Assembly (NCBI RefSeq): GCF_000150275.1
Contig: NW_002060947.1
Coordinates: forward strand, 8,503,284-8,567,283
DNA from: Trichoplax adhaerens
Taxonomy: Eukaryota > Animalia > Placozoa
Reading direction: 5' to 3'
Length of the DNA: 64,000 bases
The position numbers and the translations under genes are program-made. Positions 41,890 to 56,275 of the stretch are shown one piece after another; position 1 is the first letter of the stretch, and each line of letters begins with the position of its first letter. The notes beneath the pieces are model-generated. The model was given only the letters and a program-made list of their open reading frames with translations. It was not told where the DNA came from and did not search any database.

Positions 41890-42570
41890 ACTGAGGGGTT
41901 TAATGTATTGGATCAATAAATTGCAGTAATAAACGCCATACATTTTTCTATATAAGAAGCTCAAAGCGAGCTTATACGTATTAGGAAACTATTCGAAGCA
42001 CTGTAATTGTAGATCAAGTTTGCGGTTATAGCTAAGAAAAGCGTACCAATTTGTTTAGCAGTTTGCCACATTCTTAAAGTACTGTTAATATGCTATAATT
42101 GTTATTGACAAACTTGATGAATTTATTCATTAATCAACTGCGAAAAATCTATATATTTAAAGGATTAACGCTTTAATATTAAGTAGTAACGATTGTAGCA
42201 AGCTATAGTAATGTTAAACAGACTGATCTCAAGATAGTCTCAATGCTAAAAATATGGATCAGTATCTGAAATGTTAGTTCATAAATTAGCACCCAAAGGG
42301 TAATTCTAATTATTACCAGGTTACAGACTCTTCGTCTCTTGGCGGAGATTAAGTTTTAATGATCTTCTGATTCTAAATTTAACTCATGTCTTGCAAAAAA
42401 GACTAAGGTTACGGTAATCATACAAGTTATTTTGCATCACCCTATGACTTTTAAGTTCTTAAATACTTAAGGATAAAAATTATGTCGTTAATTGCTATTT
42501 TAATACAGGGAGAGAACAAAGTTTAGTGGTCCTTCACAGTTGCCATTGAATTTCCAGCAGTTACAGACAG
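41890..42570 (-). pseudogene. TRPM-like relic (MHR1 and MHR4 pieces)
   Basis: LLEIQWQL/GPLNFVLPV near 42560-42500 (cf. WxLxxPNLVISV). RMWQTAKQIGTLFLAITANLIYNYSA..SYIEKCMAFITAIY*SN at 42080-41905 (cf. LWQHGEESMAKALVACKIY..YETRAVELFTECYSSD). Confidence 0.6.
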
Positions 42571-43936
42571 CTAGTTACGATAAATAACTACAAATTCATG
42601 GCACGCTGCTTGGTTAATAATATCCGCTTTATTGAATATATGCTACCCAATAAACGTAAATTAGACTGCCTTAGACTTATCGCTGCAATAACTGTAGTTT
42701 GCTATAGAAAAAAATTAAGCATTAAACCTGGTGAACTTTGTAAATTTCCTCCGGAGCTATCTCAGCCCAATTTATATTCATTGCTTTCAATGCAGAACTT
42801 AAGATACCATTCAAAAATAATTCTTAGAAATAGAGGGTACATATGGAAGTTTCTGATAATAGTAGTGCTCTTACACGGCATAAATCCTTGACCAACAAAT
42901 TAATCTTAGTTTGATGATATATTAGTCTTAACTAGTTAACCTTTAACAGTTAATTGGAAGTATAATTAGTACGGTATAATCTGTCGATATTAAGCAAATC
43001 TTGCGTTACTGAGCCTAATATTGCCGACTAATGCCTAATCAAGAATGCTCTAAAAATTTTTTCTGCATATTACAGTTCTGCTCCAGAGCTAATCTTAATT
43101 ACGACGGCCTTTCTAACTGTGAAATTGTTAGCAATATTTAAGGGGTTAACGTGAAATCAAAGACACAAATCCCTGAAGATCAGTAAAATTAGCAATAACA
43201 GTTATCAAGTGCTTTTAAGACAGATCTTAGTGCCCTGAACCAGTAAGACGACTTGGTAATTAGACTTTCTCATTTCCTAGTCATAAAACTTGTGACACTA
43301 ACTTTATGAAAAACTACTCTGTATTTTATCACATAAACTGATTGACTGTTTGATGTTTATTAATAGTTAAATATTCGTTACTCTCGATTCCAAAATAGCT
43401 AATATATTTTATAATTTAGTCAGATTTCATAAATAATTACCGTACAGGTATTAAGTAGTTTAATGAAGGAACTAATTCTGAAAAGTTATCTTGTTCAACT
43501 GAGAAAAAACCAAGGGTGTTTTCTAATTGAACTTATTACATGACTTTATTGTCTTTTATTGCATGAACATGAAATACTATTAATTAATATAAGAAACTTT
43601 TTCTATACTACCGATGATTTGAAATGATTTATACAACATTTAACAAAGATAGTTTAATTTTGGCTTCAGTCCTATTTTTTCAGAATCGATTTACTAAGAA
43701 GTCTATAGCAATTTTAGATTACTATCTAAATCCGTCAGTTAGCTTAATTCGTAAGATTAAATTTTATTAGAACGTGAATTGAAAACGATGTTGCCGGTAG
43801 ATGTATAATTTTACTATTTAACTCAAGTTAAAATTAGGAATGCAACGTAATATTTTCAATATTGCTATCGAATTTTACTGATGGATATTACAAAATAAGT
43901 GACAGTGTTACTACATTCATGGTCACACCTCTAGAA

Positions 43937-44640
43937 TTAAAAGCAAGAGCAACGTTTGCGATATGCTCTGGACGTCATTACTGAATATGCTATAAGATTT
44001 TTACAACAATTTACATACAGAAATAAGTAGCCAACTACTGTAATATGATAGCCAAGGTAAGATTTTAAAAATGGTACATTCGCTACTTGAGTTATAAAGA
44101 AGAGTAAACTCGGTAGCCAACTTAATAAATTAGTCATAGCTAGAAATCCGGTAATGATACCGAAACGGGTTTCAATATTGGTTCTAACATTGAATGATGT
44201 CGCACCGAAACTAGTGATCAAGTTACAAGATCGTCGAATATGGACAATGATATTAATTTATAATCCTATAGTAATAAGATATACCAATATGATAATAAAA
44301 ACCACATGCAGTTAGAACTTGAAATACATCGTCATATAAATCGCTAAAGAAACAAACGTTAGTGAAAATTCTAAAGTTATTAGGGTCAAAGAGTTTTGAG
44401 GATCGGCTAATAGCAATGTTCGCTATTATGAATCTGATGATCCACGATATTGCTATCGAAAGTTTAGCTTTGCTTATGGTTGAGCGATTTCGGCCGTGCA
44501 AAGATACGATACATTTATATCGATCGATTGAAATTAATAGCATAATAACTGCTGGAACATAATATCCCAAAATACCAAAAAATCGAGCAAAAGAACAACT
44601 AGGACTTTGCAATCATATATTAGTGGCATTATAGCAAGCA
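43937..44640 (-). pseudogene. GPCR array copy 5, 5'-truncated pseudogene
   Basis: Begins at CYNATNI*LQSPSCSFARF (W to stop), then DRY, FDPNNFRIFTNVCF and further frameshifts. TM1-2 are replaced by repeat DNA above 44640. Confidence 0.9.
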
Positions 44641-44893
44641 TTGTAGAGATAAAAATAAGTTAATGGCTTCGAGTTCGAGGTTTTTGACGTATGCTAAAAT
44701 AGTAAAAACGTTCTTATTTCTTTTACAACTTCCTATTTGTTCATTGTTGAAGAATTTGTGAGTGTCTTTTATCACTAGAAGAAGAAATAATTTTAGATCT
44801 GCTAAACGTTTAATCAAAATAAAATTGATAGAGTTTCAACAAAATAATTTGGAATACGAGAATGTGTTAAATTGACAAATAATCTTAATCATT

Positions 44894-45376
44894 TGTAGTG
44901 CAGCCCCAAATATAGCTTAGATTACTATTATAAGACTGTACGAGAATAACTTAACTTGTAAGCTAGAGTGTAAGATTGTGTAAGAGTCTATTTGTAGAAG
45001 ATGTTTACAGTACGTATTGTAGCGAATCTATTAAGATGTTTATATAAAGACCTGAGATATACAGTACATTTGCGCTAAGTATGTTAGTACTGTAAGTATT
45101 ATATTGTAATGCTTTAAATAGACGCGCGAATTATGAATAGATTGCGCGATAGTAAATTTAGATCTGATCTTGCGACTTAATGGGCAAGATAAGATTTGTT
45201 ACAGTAAAAGCATTCTGTAACTAATCGTATATAAATCGTGAATTTTGCTATAATAAGTAGATTGTCAGATAGTCAGATAGTCCTTGGTTGTTAGACGAAC
45301 CTAACTTCTGTAATAAAGTGAAATTTGCAAGAAACTGTAGTTCTTGATTTATTGTTTTGAAGATCACTTTATCACA
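44894..45376 (+). mobile_element. Solo-LTR-like element, 483 bp, TSD TCATT
   Basis: tcatt|TGTAGT...ATCACA|tcatt, with internal TATA-like and AATAAA motifs. Homologous to 17107-17450 and 36780-36916. Confidence 0.85.
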
Positions 45377-46798
45377 TCATTGCAGTAGGGTTCGATTGTA
45401 TGAAGAAGTTAAGTAATGAATAAGTTTAAGAAATTCCAGGGTGATAAGTTGAAAATGAAGCTGAAGAAAGATTATATAATTTCGCTTAAGTAATAACCAC
45501 AATATGCGACATATTAAAGTTTTACATGTTTGCCTTAGTTCTGATATTAAACTTTTTCTGAAATGGATAAGATTACGATTTATAAACGAAATGAATAAGA
45601 GCTACGTTGAGAATCAAAGCTAAATTATGCCGACTTTTATATTTCATGTAACGTACTCCAATTATTATGTACTAGGCTATTCCATCGAGTCAGGCCAGAT
45701 AGTAACAGTTTGAAGAATATTTTTGTTTGACTTTAAATGTTTCATATCAGAATATCGACAAAAAATACCATATAATTGAACTTTAATTTGTCTTAAGTGC
45801 TAATTAGACATCATACCACATAAGATACACGCGCTGACATCTGCCTTAAAACTAATAGGTAATTACATATTCTTATGGGATAACAATTACATTATAAAAG
45901 GATATAAGGCTACTAGTATTAATAGTAATTAATTACCAGATTATATGGCAGAAGAATTCATTATAGCAGCCAATAAAAAGACAACATACTACAAATGCAA
46001 AAATAAATTTTAAGAAAATAACGCATTTAAATAATTTTTTCATTGTTATGTATAGTTATAGCCACTAAATAATTGTTATTTTAAAAAGCGTTAAGACCGT
46101 TCTTAGTATTTCGATTTCTTAATACAAGTACGAATTCTTTTCATTGAATCTATTTAAAACTGAATTATCTTTTATAATGTAGTAAGATTAAGTTTCAGTA
46201 CGCAGTAACTGCTGCTAGTGACACCGCAGTTTTATTTTTGTATCGCAATTTTACCACTAATTACGAAATACAAACATTACGACGGCAGCAGACCTTAATT
46301 GTTCAAGCCAGTCATGGTAATCAATACCACACAGTGTGTAGACGTGGTAGTATATCAAAGTAAACAAAACTTTTCATGCTATATCATTTGGGCCCCAGAC
46401 TTGAACACTGACACTAACCTTTGCTCTAAAATTCAAATTCAAATAGAAGTTAATAATTTTTCGTATTTATAGTTTTAATCATTACGTAAACGCAGCATTT
46501 TAATAAGAATTTATATCGGTTCCGTTAGATAATAGATTATGGAGTAAAAGTGCATATGTCAGTTTGCCATTGTCTTTGAAAATTTATGCCAGTATAGCGC
46601 CGGTATAAGTTATTTCGATATTATATTAAAATTAATGAAAACGAAATGGTTTTATCTAGAGTAGAATTTTTAAATCAAATATCATGGTATTAACATGCAT
46701 TAAGTCATGTAATTAGGGTGGGGACTAATAGATCCGAAATATAATCTAGTTTTGCAAAGGGCTAAATTAGCTAATCGGGTTGACATACGGTATTACAG

Positions 46799-47673
46799 TG
46801 TCACAAATTCAACTCAGCAACAAGGAAACTTACAGTAAAAGTCGTATAAGTAACGACTTAAATGCCCTTGAACTAAAAGTTTAACACACACAGAATAGTG
46901 CCGTAAAGATAGAACTTTTATTAGTACAGACACATCTACAACTTTCCACCTCACAACTCAACTCAAACGTTTCGGTTGACATAGAAACCATCTAATTTGT
47001 AAACAAGAATGGTATTAGTATTATACCTTACTAGGAGGGGCATTTCGAACTGAGATGTTCCTTACATAGCTTTTCTATCAATAAATATTTTTAATCTCTT
47101 ACTCATACTTTATCTTAATCTAAGCGTGTATGTTGTCTAATTCAACTATCAATAGCCAGAACTTGAATCATCTTACTGCTATCTAAATATACTAACAATC
47201 AATATCGGATATTCAATAAACTATTACAAGTAATATCCACGTTAAGGTATTACTTATCTTACCTTGCACTACAGATATGGGTATCTTCCATATAGCTACT
47301 GTTGTGAACTTGGTCACTTTGTGGAAGCGTGCATGTAATTCTATCCAAACTCACAAAAACAAGGGTTTTATGTTTCTTTTTCTTTTTATTTTGGCTATTA
47401 TTGTTCTGAATCTCTTGTGGATCTAATCTAATTTTCTTTCCTAACTCCCCGTCTATCTTTACAGCTTCTCTTTTATATATAAGCTTCCTTGCGCAGCGTC
47501 CAATACCTTATCTGAGTTTTAGCACCGCATGATTAAGGCATTTTAGCTGCGTAGATTATTCGTATACTATCTAATACACTTACATTATGGCCATTACCAT
47601 ATTGTAATAAGTTACGATAGATAAGACATACTGATCTAGACAATTATCATAAAGTTATTATATCGCTGTCACG
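46799..47673. mobile_element. Possible solo-LTR-like element
   Basis: Starts TGTCACAA with a family-like end; the right boundary is ambiguous and only ACAG is repeated. Confidence 0.45.
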
Positions 47674-48620
47674 ACAGCTACTACTGTACTTATTAGACTA
47701 TCCTAACGTTAAGATAAAACAGTAACATGCAGTAGTTACTGAGAAAGTTTCCATTCGCTAATTTCAGCAAAAGTTATCTTTTCTTCGTCAAAATGAATTC
47801 CTAGAGCAAAAAGAGATAGTTAGCAATGCGTATCTTGCTAAATATTGGCGTGATGACTAAAAAACCAGTCTTCAAATATTGTATATAATTTTATAATTTG
47901 CGGTAAAATGTATATTTTGCATAATATGTATATTTAAGTAGCTCATAATTAAGATGATGTACAAATATGCCTTAGATGCATTGATGAAAAAGTAGATTTA
48001 TATATCAGAATGATGCATAATGCAGGATTGTATAATAAAATTCTTTAATCATCTCTATAACAACAATACTAATTTTCTACTAAGATTTTAATTCTTCGTT
48101 GCGTAGGTAGTGAATATTACAGAGAGCAAAATGAATTAATCATAGGCGGAGAAAAGAGTAAAAAAATATCGTTAGATGCTGAGATTCAAGTTCAAATATA
48201 CATTAAATGAGCACTCACTTTAACATATCGTAAAATTATGATCAGTTTCGATAGATTCAAATATAATTAGTCTATCTATAATAAACGCTTGAAATATTTA
48301 TAAAAATTATCGCTTTGATACCGACAGTCTTTTTTTTAATTTCAATGCTACAGTTACCAATTTAAACAAGTCATTTCATTTTCTAAGATATTTTATCCAC
48401 AAGCTGCAGCATTTTACGCATAAAAGTTTAGGCTTATACTATTTTTCAAGAAGATTCCACCGGTTATGAGTATACAGGTATATACTACTCTACTCAATTT
48501 CTTTACAAAGAGGAAATGATAAACATTCTGATCCTCAGCGCGTATCTTTGGTAGATTTTTTAAACGTTCAGATTTCTATGACTACTATGTTTTCGTTGCA
48601 TAGCAATTACTTTATTACCC

Positions 48621-49262
48621 TGTTACGAAAGTAATCTACATGATGTGTACTTTATTTCTATGTTACCTTCTAGATATGTTTATATCTCAAGAATGGTTAC
48701 GGTCTCCTTAATTATAACTTCAGTGGTTAACAGTTGATATCTTAGGAATCTTTACCTTAGCATTAGATAGACTAAAATAGTAATTGCCAGATAGTAATTG
48801 CCAGATAGTTTAATAGGATTGTATCTATCACCTTTAAGGTTGTTAAAGTTCAAAGTAGATTTTCTAAGTTTAGAGGAAATATCTTAGTAGGATAGCCTTA
48901 TATGTGTTTGCTAAACTATTATTAAGAATAAATTAATTCGATACTGATGCAGTAAATTTAATACGATTAGATTAAGTTTAATTAATATTGATAGAGGCTC
49001 TTCAGACAATTAATTTATTTAGTTTCTAATGGACGAGGAGACTTGTGTAGTAAAAGCGATTTTAGGTACCGAAACCTACATAAGCGGCGTCTTCGCCGAT
49101 AATAAATTAGATTGTGATTTTCTAGTAAGTTTGAGGTTCTCGCTGTGTTAATCCTACCTGCTTAGGAATGCCAAATGACAGGTATTCCAAATAACAGTAG
49201 GTTGGCTAGAAAATACTCTCTCAACTCCTGCTGCAAATTAGGGCTATTCCTAGCTCGTAACG
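48621..49262 (+). mobile_element. Solo-LTR-like element, 642 bp, near-TSD TACCC/CACCC
   Basis: TGTTAC...GTAACG; homolog at 1-402. Confidence 0.75.
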
Positions 49263-50719
49263 CACCCTTAATAAGTACTTTTATATCATACAGGCTGTAT
49301 ATTTGGTAATGAAAATGTCGGAACATATATACCATTTTAAAACTGGAAAGTTTTGAGGCAAGGGCTTATATGCTCCGACAACATATAAAATTTATATTTT
49401 TTGCTCTTTCAATAAAGCTAAATCTTAATATTTACAATAAATCTGACAAACTTTAGATTTTTAAACCGAGTTAAGCGTTATTGGAACAAAGTTTAAGTTT
49501 CAACAGTATCTATAAAAAATAGATAATATAATTTTTTGTTTTACTTGATTCACTTACTTAAAATTCTAGAGCAAGTTCTATTAATTCATCGATGCGTTAA
49601 TCATTAGAATAAGAACACCATATCCTATCGAAGTACCAACAAAATTATCATACTAAACGACGACCATAGTGCATTTTCAGTAGCACTTATACGTGGTTAT
49701 GAAAATAAATAAGAATTTAACTTTATTATTAAACTCAATAGAGTACAGTTGTCATCCAAAAAATTAGGTATCTATTTGATTTAAAAGATAAAACGCCCTT
49801 TAATGCTCATGGTAACAGTATTCTTTTATAGAATGGTATTGTAATCATTTTCTTTTTGTAACGGACAAATATCTATAATAAAATTTAGATCAGCATTCAA
49901 GCTTTAGCTAAGAAAATCTTAAAGAAAATAGCGTAAGAGCTTTACAAGGAATGAAATCTACATATTCCATTGCATAAAAAAGAATATTTCACCCACTTGC
50001 GCATTTCTGAAACAATAGATTATGACATATGTAAAATTATGAATTTTGATAAACATAATTGAGCCTTTTTTTGATTGGTTTCATAACATAATTACTTGAA
50101 ACATTTTTACCAATTTACAAATACTTACCTCTAAATTATCATACATCTAAATCTATAGATAGATTGATCAATGCAATTTTTAGTTTAGAGCTATCAGACC
50201 TTGTTGACAAAGCTTTTAATATCACGGAATAATAAGAATTTCTGAAATCTTAGCGCATAATAAATTTGTTTCTTAGATGAGCTCTTAGTAGCAATTTTTT
50301 AGTGGATAAAATACCATTGTACTATATGACCCTAATTCATAAATTGGATCTATGATAGATTTTCAATATTTAAGTATAAACGAAATCACTCATACTTCCA
50401 TATACTAGATCCAGAAAGTAAGGCAATTAAAATCTTAGTTAAATATACATTTTAGCAAATTTTCAGTTTGGAAATAATTTGATATTGAAAATAATATATA
50501 TCTTAGTGTTACATAATTCATACTTATTTACCACTATTGTATTAAAATTATTGTTATCTTAACACACACTCGACTGTAGAAATATGATGGTACACAAAAT
50601 CGTTTTTAAATATCTATTAATTTTGTTTCGTTGTATCACTGCGACTAAGAGTAGTTATTATTTTGTGATAATATGTTCGCGAACGTCAGTAAATCATGAT
50701 TAATTTATTTGTTGTTTGC

Positions 50720-50890
50720 GATTTAGTTCAATTAAATATCTTCATTAGTGTTTTCTTGACTAGCTTAGACATATTATCGATAGAATTTTGTATAGCTTTT
50801 AGATCGATACTTAAATCAGAATTTAAAAAAAGAGACATTTTTGAGCCAGTAGTCTCTTACTGCATCAGTTTAAACTGCTCAGATATTTAA
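50720..50890 (-). pseudogene. TRPM-like relic (MHR2 end)
   Basis: ISEQFKLMQ*ETTGSKMSLFLNSDLSIDLKAIQNSIDN resembles YISER...GGKIPIVCF...ETLKAINTSIKN. Confidence 0.5.
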
Positions 50891-51874
50891 AATGATTTTG
50901 TATTACTTTTTATTTAATTAGAATTCACTGATCAAATCTGTGCTAATACAGGCATTACACAATTTGGCAAGGCAAAGCAGTATGAGCAAAGTTTGGCAAT
51001 AATTCCGACTATATGAGCATATTTCTGTTCACATAACGAATTTGTTAATCATCTGTCATATAACGGCATAAACCTTAAATAATAATTGCGTCGAATAATT
51101 ATTAAGCTATAGTACCTAATCCAATAGTGAATGCGTCAGTTGAAGCTATTTATAGCAATATTCATCGCGTTTCGTCAACGAAACATTCGCGAAAATTTTT
51201 ATTGTTACGCATTGCTGTACGAGTTTTGATATAAATTAATAATGAATAAAAATGTAATATGCAATAATCGTTAATGGTAGTCTTACTTGAAATTAAAGTT
51301 GTAATAATCTGCTTCAAATAAGGTTATAAAAAGGTTCGAGCTATGATAAATTAAAATGAACTAATCATGCTGGCAACCAGCACATAGAGATTTCACTCTA
51401 GGCAATGACGTAGCAAAAAGCTTTTTATAAAAACATCTCAAATCACAATCTATTCTAAATGTAGATGTATACTATCATTTAAAGCATAGGAACAATTTAA
51501 CAAAATAATGCATTCATTAATAGATACAATACGGTATGCCAAAGCTTCTATAATAAAATTTTTAAAATTTGATAGAATATGTAGTAGATAGAAACTATCG
51601 AATCGATGGAATGAAAGCGAATTTAACATAGTATTGACAAATAGAAAAAGTTAATGTTAAGCTAATTTATAGTCCGCATCATCTTAAAGATTTCATGTAC
51701 ATTATTTTATAGTCCATGGTTCGAGTATAACGTTAACTCTTACTATAGTTATTTGTTAAATGAGTTTATTATTTCATTTGGATATTGTACAATTGAATAT
51801 CGCAAAATATTTTCAATCATATCTCGACTGTCTCCCGTCCTGTCGATACAAGCTTCTTTTATCAGATCAAATCT

Positions 51875-52858
51875 TTATACCCATCTCTTGCTATTACGCT
51901 GTAAATTCTTGGTTGTTAAAAGAGTATAACTTATTGGATTAGCTGATGCATTAGCAAAAACCAATAAAAAACTGATAATTGTGAGTTGGCTAAGAAGTTT
52001 TGGGTCTCCGAATTGAACGTCAGAAATTTCCAGCATAAATAATATTAGTAATGGCAACCAGATGACACCACTTGTAGTTGCCAAAAACGCAGTCACGATA
52101 CCTACTCTTCTTTCAATACCAATTCGAGCGCCAACAGCTATACGACTTATGCAAGTTAGCTTCCGCTGCACATTACGCAAATGGTTAAATATCCAGAAAT
52201 AAAGAATCAATGTAGATGTATATGAAAATACTATAAATATAAATGATATAGCGGCGTAAATTCTGAAAAAGAGGGTATTGATATCGCTAGAACTGCACAA
52301 CATACTAAAGTCACTGAAACTATATGGATTTATTATAAATGCTGATTGTATCACCACTGTAGTGCTAACACTAAGGCCTAAAGTCCAACAAAATGCGACG
52401 GCTTTTTTTATATTTGCCAAAGTAATATGATGCTTACTATGTGGTGCTATAATATTTACGGAACGATCTGCTGCTATTATTAATGTAATCATAGCAGACA
52501 TAAAGACAGATAAATTAGAAATAAACCGCGCAAAATAGCAAGAAGGACTTATTAACCAGATGTTAGTCACATTGTTACAAGAACGATTGATTCCACAAGA
52601 AAATACTGAACAGTGATATTTTGTGTAGTAAATATCAGCGCTAGCTATTGTTGCTAAATAGCTTGCACCACAAAGGTCACAAGCAGCCAAATTTGCTATT
52701 AGGAAAGCGTGAATTTTACTCGTTGTTCGACGGTGCTTTTGCGTACAATCTCGAACACTATTGATTATGACATAGATATTAGCTAAGATACCAGCAATTC
52801 CAAAAGCCCAAGAGATAATTAATGCTACCACATTATCATGAAATATAGCGTGCCACAT
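51875..52858 (-). CDS. GPCR array copy 6, intact, 327 aa (DRS instead of DRY)
   Basis: NLAACDL, ADIYY, AADRS, IWLP, NASANPISY. Confidence 0.95.
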   Translation of the reverse strand: MWHAIFHDNVVALIISWAFGIAGILANIYVIINSVRDCTQKHRRTTSKIHAFLIANLAACDLCGASYLATIASADIYYTKYHCSVFSCGINRSCNNVTNIWLISPSCYFARFISNLSVFMSAMITLIIAADRSVNIIAPHSKHHITLANIKKAVAFCWTLGLSVSTTVVIQSAFIINPYSFSDFSMLCSSSDINTLFFRIYAAISFIFIVFSYTSTLILYFWIFNHLRNVQRKLTCISRIAVGARIGIERRVGIVTAFLATTSGVIWLPLLILFMLEISDVQFGDPKLLSQLTIISFLLVFANASANPISYTLLTTKNLQRNSKRWV

Positions 52859-54339
52859 AATTTTTTAACTCACGTTATTTCGGTTCTTTTATGCTTAACC
52901 AATGTTCTATTGGTCCTTGATATCGATGAAGTGAATTCAAACTTAGTAAAAATATATTCAGCCACGTCAGTGTTAAGGCAATAATATTAAATATTGTAAA
53001 GTTGTAATATAATTAAAGTAAGGTTCTTAGATTAAATCACAGTTACCATGACACAGACGTCAATATAAGATAGAATAACGATCAATATATGAAGTTTTTA
53101 TGGCAACCTGGTTAAGCTGATCGCCCTTTCGATATATACTATTAAATTGTTCGTCTATAAAAGTACGTATACACAGCTCATACCGTTTGACTATCTCATC
53201 AAAATTTTTACCCAGAAACAGCCTTGATACAGTACAACATAAATTGGCAATGAAGGTAGAGTGAGATTGTAAAGTGGAAAATGAATTGACTAAAATTTAA
53301 CCATTTATAGAACGAAGGTGAATAATAATATAATTAATTGCCTTACCGTTATTATTATTTGCATAGGAAAATGGTATAAATAATGAATGAAAATTAAAAA
53401 GTTATTGACAATAATTTAATTTAAACAACAAGAAAGTCTATCGAATATATAGATTAATAACGCAACAAATAATACTTCAAACATTAACATATATGGGGAA
53501 ATAAATTAGTTATTACAATTATTTGATAGATACATATATTAAAATTTAAGTTAGTAACTATTATATATTACATGTAACTTTTATGCAAATTTATTTGATT
53601 TATTCCAACTTCTAGGTTATTGACGATCAAAAACAGAAATTTGATGAAAGATATAGGATCAATTAACGAAAGAATCAGAAAACTATTTTAATCTACTTAT
53701 TTAATGTTCATACTCTAAAACATGTTTATTTGCTATTTGCAGAATAAGACATAAATTAAATTTTGAAATCAATAAAATGAAATACTCATAATGTCTTTAA
53801 CTAATAAGTTTTTCAACTATTTCTCTAGAATGGAAAACATAAATGGTATGTATTTTACTGTGCTAGTAATATTTCTAGATTGCATACTAAATTTAATTAC
53901 CTATTTCTTTGTCTTGCTAAGAAAGACGACTTATAAAAGACTGTCCCTACGTTACCATTTAAAACTTTCGTGAAAGAAAGAATAAAGTCCATCAATATTT
54001 TAATATGCAAGGAACTAAAATATTATTGCTATAATTAAATCTAATTTTTAAAGATTTCTAAGCCAGGTTTAAATACAGCGAAAGTTTTCGCTTGAATTTT
54101 ATACACAGTCTGAAATAAAGTACTTGTATGCCGCATTCGTAATCATCGGCTAGGTCCGTACAATAGATCATGCTATAGTATGTTTCGGTTTCTATTGAAC
54201 TATAATTAGTTAGATCGTAAACTTTTATAGTTTAAAGTTATTCACATCCTTTATCTCTAATATAAATTTTAATGAATGCTGATACAAAGGTGTAAACGTT
54301 TTGCTAAATCCTACAACTGCGTTTGCCTTTACTAGCTGA

Positions 54340-56275
54340 AATACAGCAATAGGTGATATCCAAACCAAATATTAAATGTTTCAGTTCGAATATCTAATAT
54401 CGAATTACGAATAGTATCATTCTAATTAAATTCATTAATTTATTTCGTTATCAGAGATCCATCTATAACTGTACGAAATTAAGATAGATCCAAAAGCTTG
54501 AAAAATTTTAGTTATCAGGATCTTTCTTCACTTAGAAATATAGATGGATAATTGAGTAATCTGCAAAGAGCTCAAGCACTAAAGTTTGCGATATAAAAAC
54601 ATTAAAATGTATGAACTTTGCTTTTTGCGTCGCAGATATGACAAAAACATCTGGTGATAAATGGACGATACAGTCAATTACTTTCGCTTCGGTATTAGAA
54701 AGTGTAATTTAATTAACTAAATTTTAATCGTAAATATCTGATCTAATTAGAAATATTTAAATTAAGTATAAATTATTCTATGCATCAGACCACGTTTATT
54801 AAAAATTATTTCGGATATTACCAATTAACTTTGTAGGTTAACAATACAATAGTATTGATAAAATATAAGATAAGCGTGCTTGATATAAAATTGCCTGAAT
54901 GCGGATGACATATTGGAAACTAAGGTTAATAAAATTAATCAATAACGGCAAATATTTCTAATTTAAAAATCGATATGATCTGTAGAATGTCCTTGCACAT
55001 TCCTTAATAAATAATTAATACTAGCTTGATTTTGATTTTTTAATCAGCCAGAACATTTTTGTACTCCCACATCAGTATTAATGATAGAAATTCAGTCTGG
55101 TATAGTTCTATTGTTGTTGTTGCCTTAATCTATAACTCATGTACCCACGACTTACAGAATTATAGTGTAACTTGGGAGTTAGTGCATCCACAAACCAGCT
55201 TCGTGACAAGAATAACGTAAAACAAATCTCTAAATTTCTTAAGTCTCCGGGATTCAGTATCTCTTAACTATCTCATAAGAATTTGGACGCCTTTGCTTCG
55301 ACGTTAAGCGACTAGAGAATTCCGATTTTATTCAGCTATCCGCCGAGCTTTAATACCCTTCGATAGCAGGTAGAGTGAATGAGTCATCATAATATTATGA
55401 AATTTAATTCATATGGGATAGCTAAATCAATACAGAGATATTTATGATCGTAAAAATATACCAAACAGTTTTAGATAATTAGACTACATCACATGCATTC
55501 ACAGAGTAGTTTATAGCGTATTATCTATATTTGGATATCTTCAAGATATTAATCACGAGTGTCACAAGACATAGCACTGTAATCAATTAACATCAGTTAC
55601 TATATAAGAACTCTTACTACAGTGAAGCATAATTTACTGTAAGAAATAATAACTATCATGGTTCTAACTGTAAGCTATTAACAGTTATCACCATATATAG
55701 ATGTTAATTCACTAAAAGTAATCATTTAATTCCTCATGGTAGTTTATACCGTGACATTGCGTTGAAACTGCTTTTAATTTCCTAGATATGATATGGTGTA
55801 GCATCTTCAAAGACAAGGGACTATATGATTTACTTATAATTAAAACACGGACATGAGTTATAATAAGTTTAGCTGATAACTATTCTATCCAATCTAGTCT
55901 GATTCTAACAAAGTAATTGTTTCAGATATATAAAATTGAAAAATGGATTTTATTACAGAGTTTAAGAATCATGATGCAATAATTGTCTATCACAAAAATC
56001 TAATCTAAAGTATCATTAAGTCGAAAGAGAGAAGTCCAGTCTGTTATAATTTGCATTTGTTATCCTGAAGCTGCTTTAGTCAGCGTATCACCGAAATTTC
56101 CGTTTTTGCCATTGGTATAGCTTGAAGCTAATCATCCAACTTAATGGACTACTATAACTGAATAAAGACGCCTAATAGTAGGTTTATCTTAGAACTTTAG
56201 TCGAAGTACCTTGCGCAATCATTAAATACGATATTAAGATCTTCAGATCTGGGTAATTGCTAGCTCTTACCTGCA
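54340..56275 (-). pseudogene. TRPM-like relic (SLOG at 56030-56275; MHR4/pre-S1 traces at 54340-54600)
   Basis: QVRASNYPDLKILISYLM; SFKLYQWQKRKF/GDTLTKAASG*QMQIITD aligns without gaps to [30 protein letters not shown] after a 1-nt fix; QTLVLELFADYS and NIWFG lie downstream. Confidence 0.6.
55188..55756. mobile_element. Inverted homolog of the 8671-9266 element
   Basis: Shared blocks such as CACAAACCAGCTTCGTGACAA and AGTCTCCGGGATTCAGTAT; ends CCGTGACA. Confidence 0.75.
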
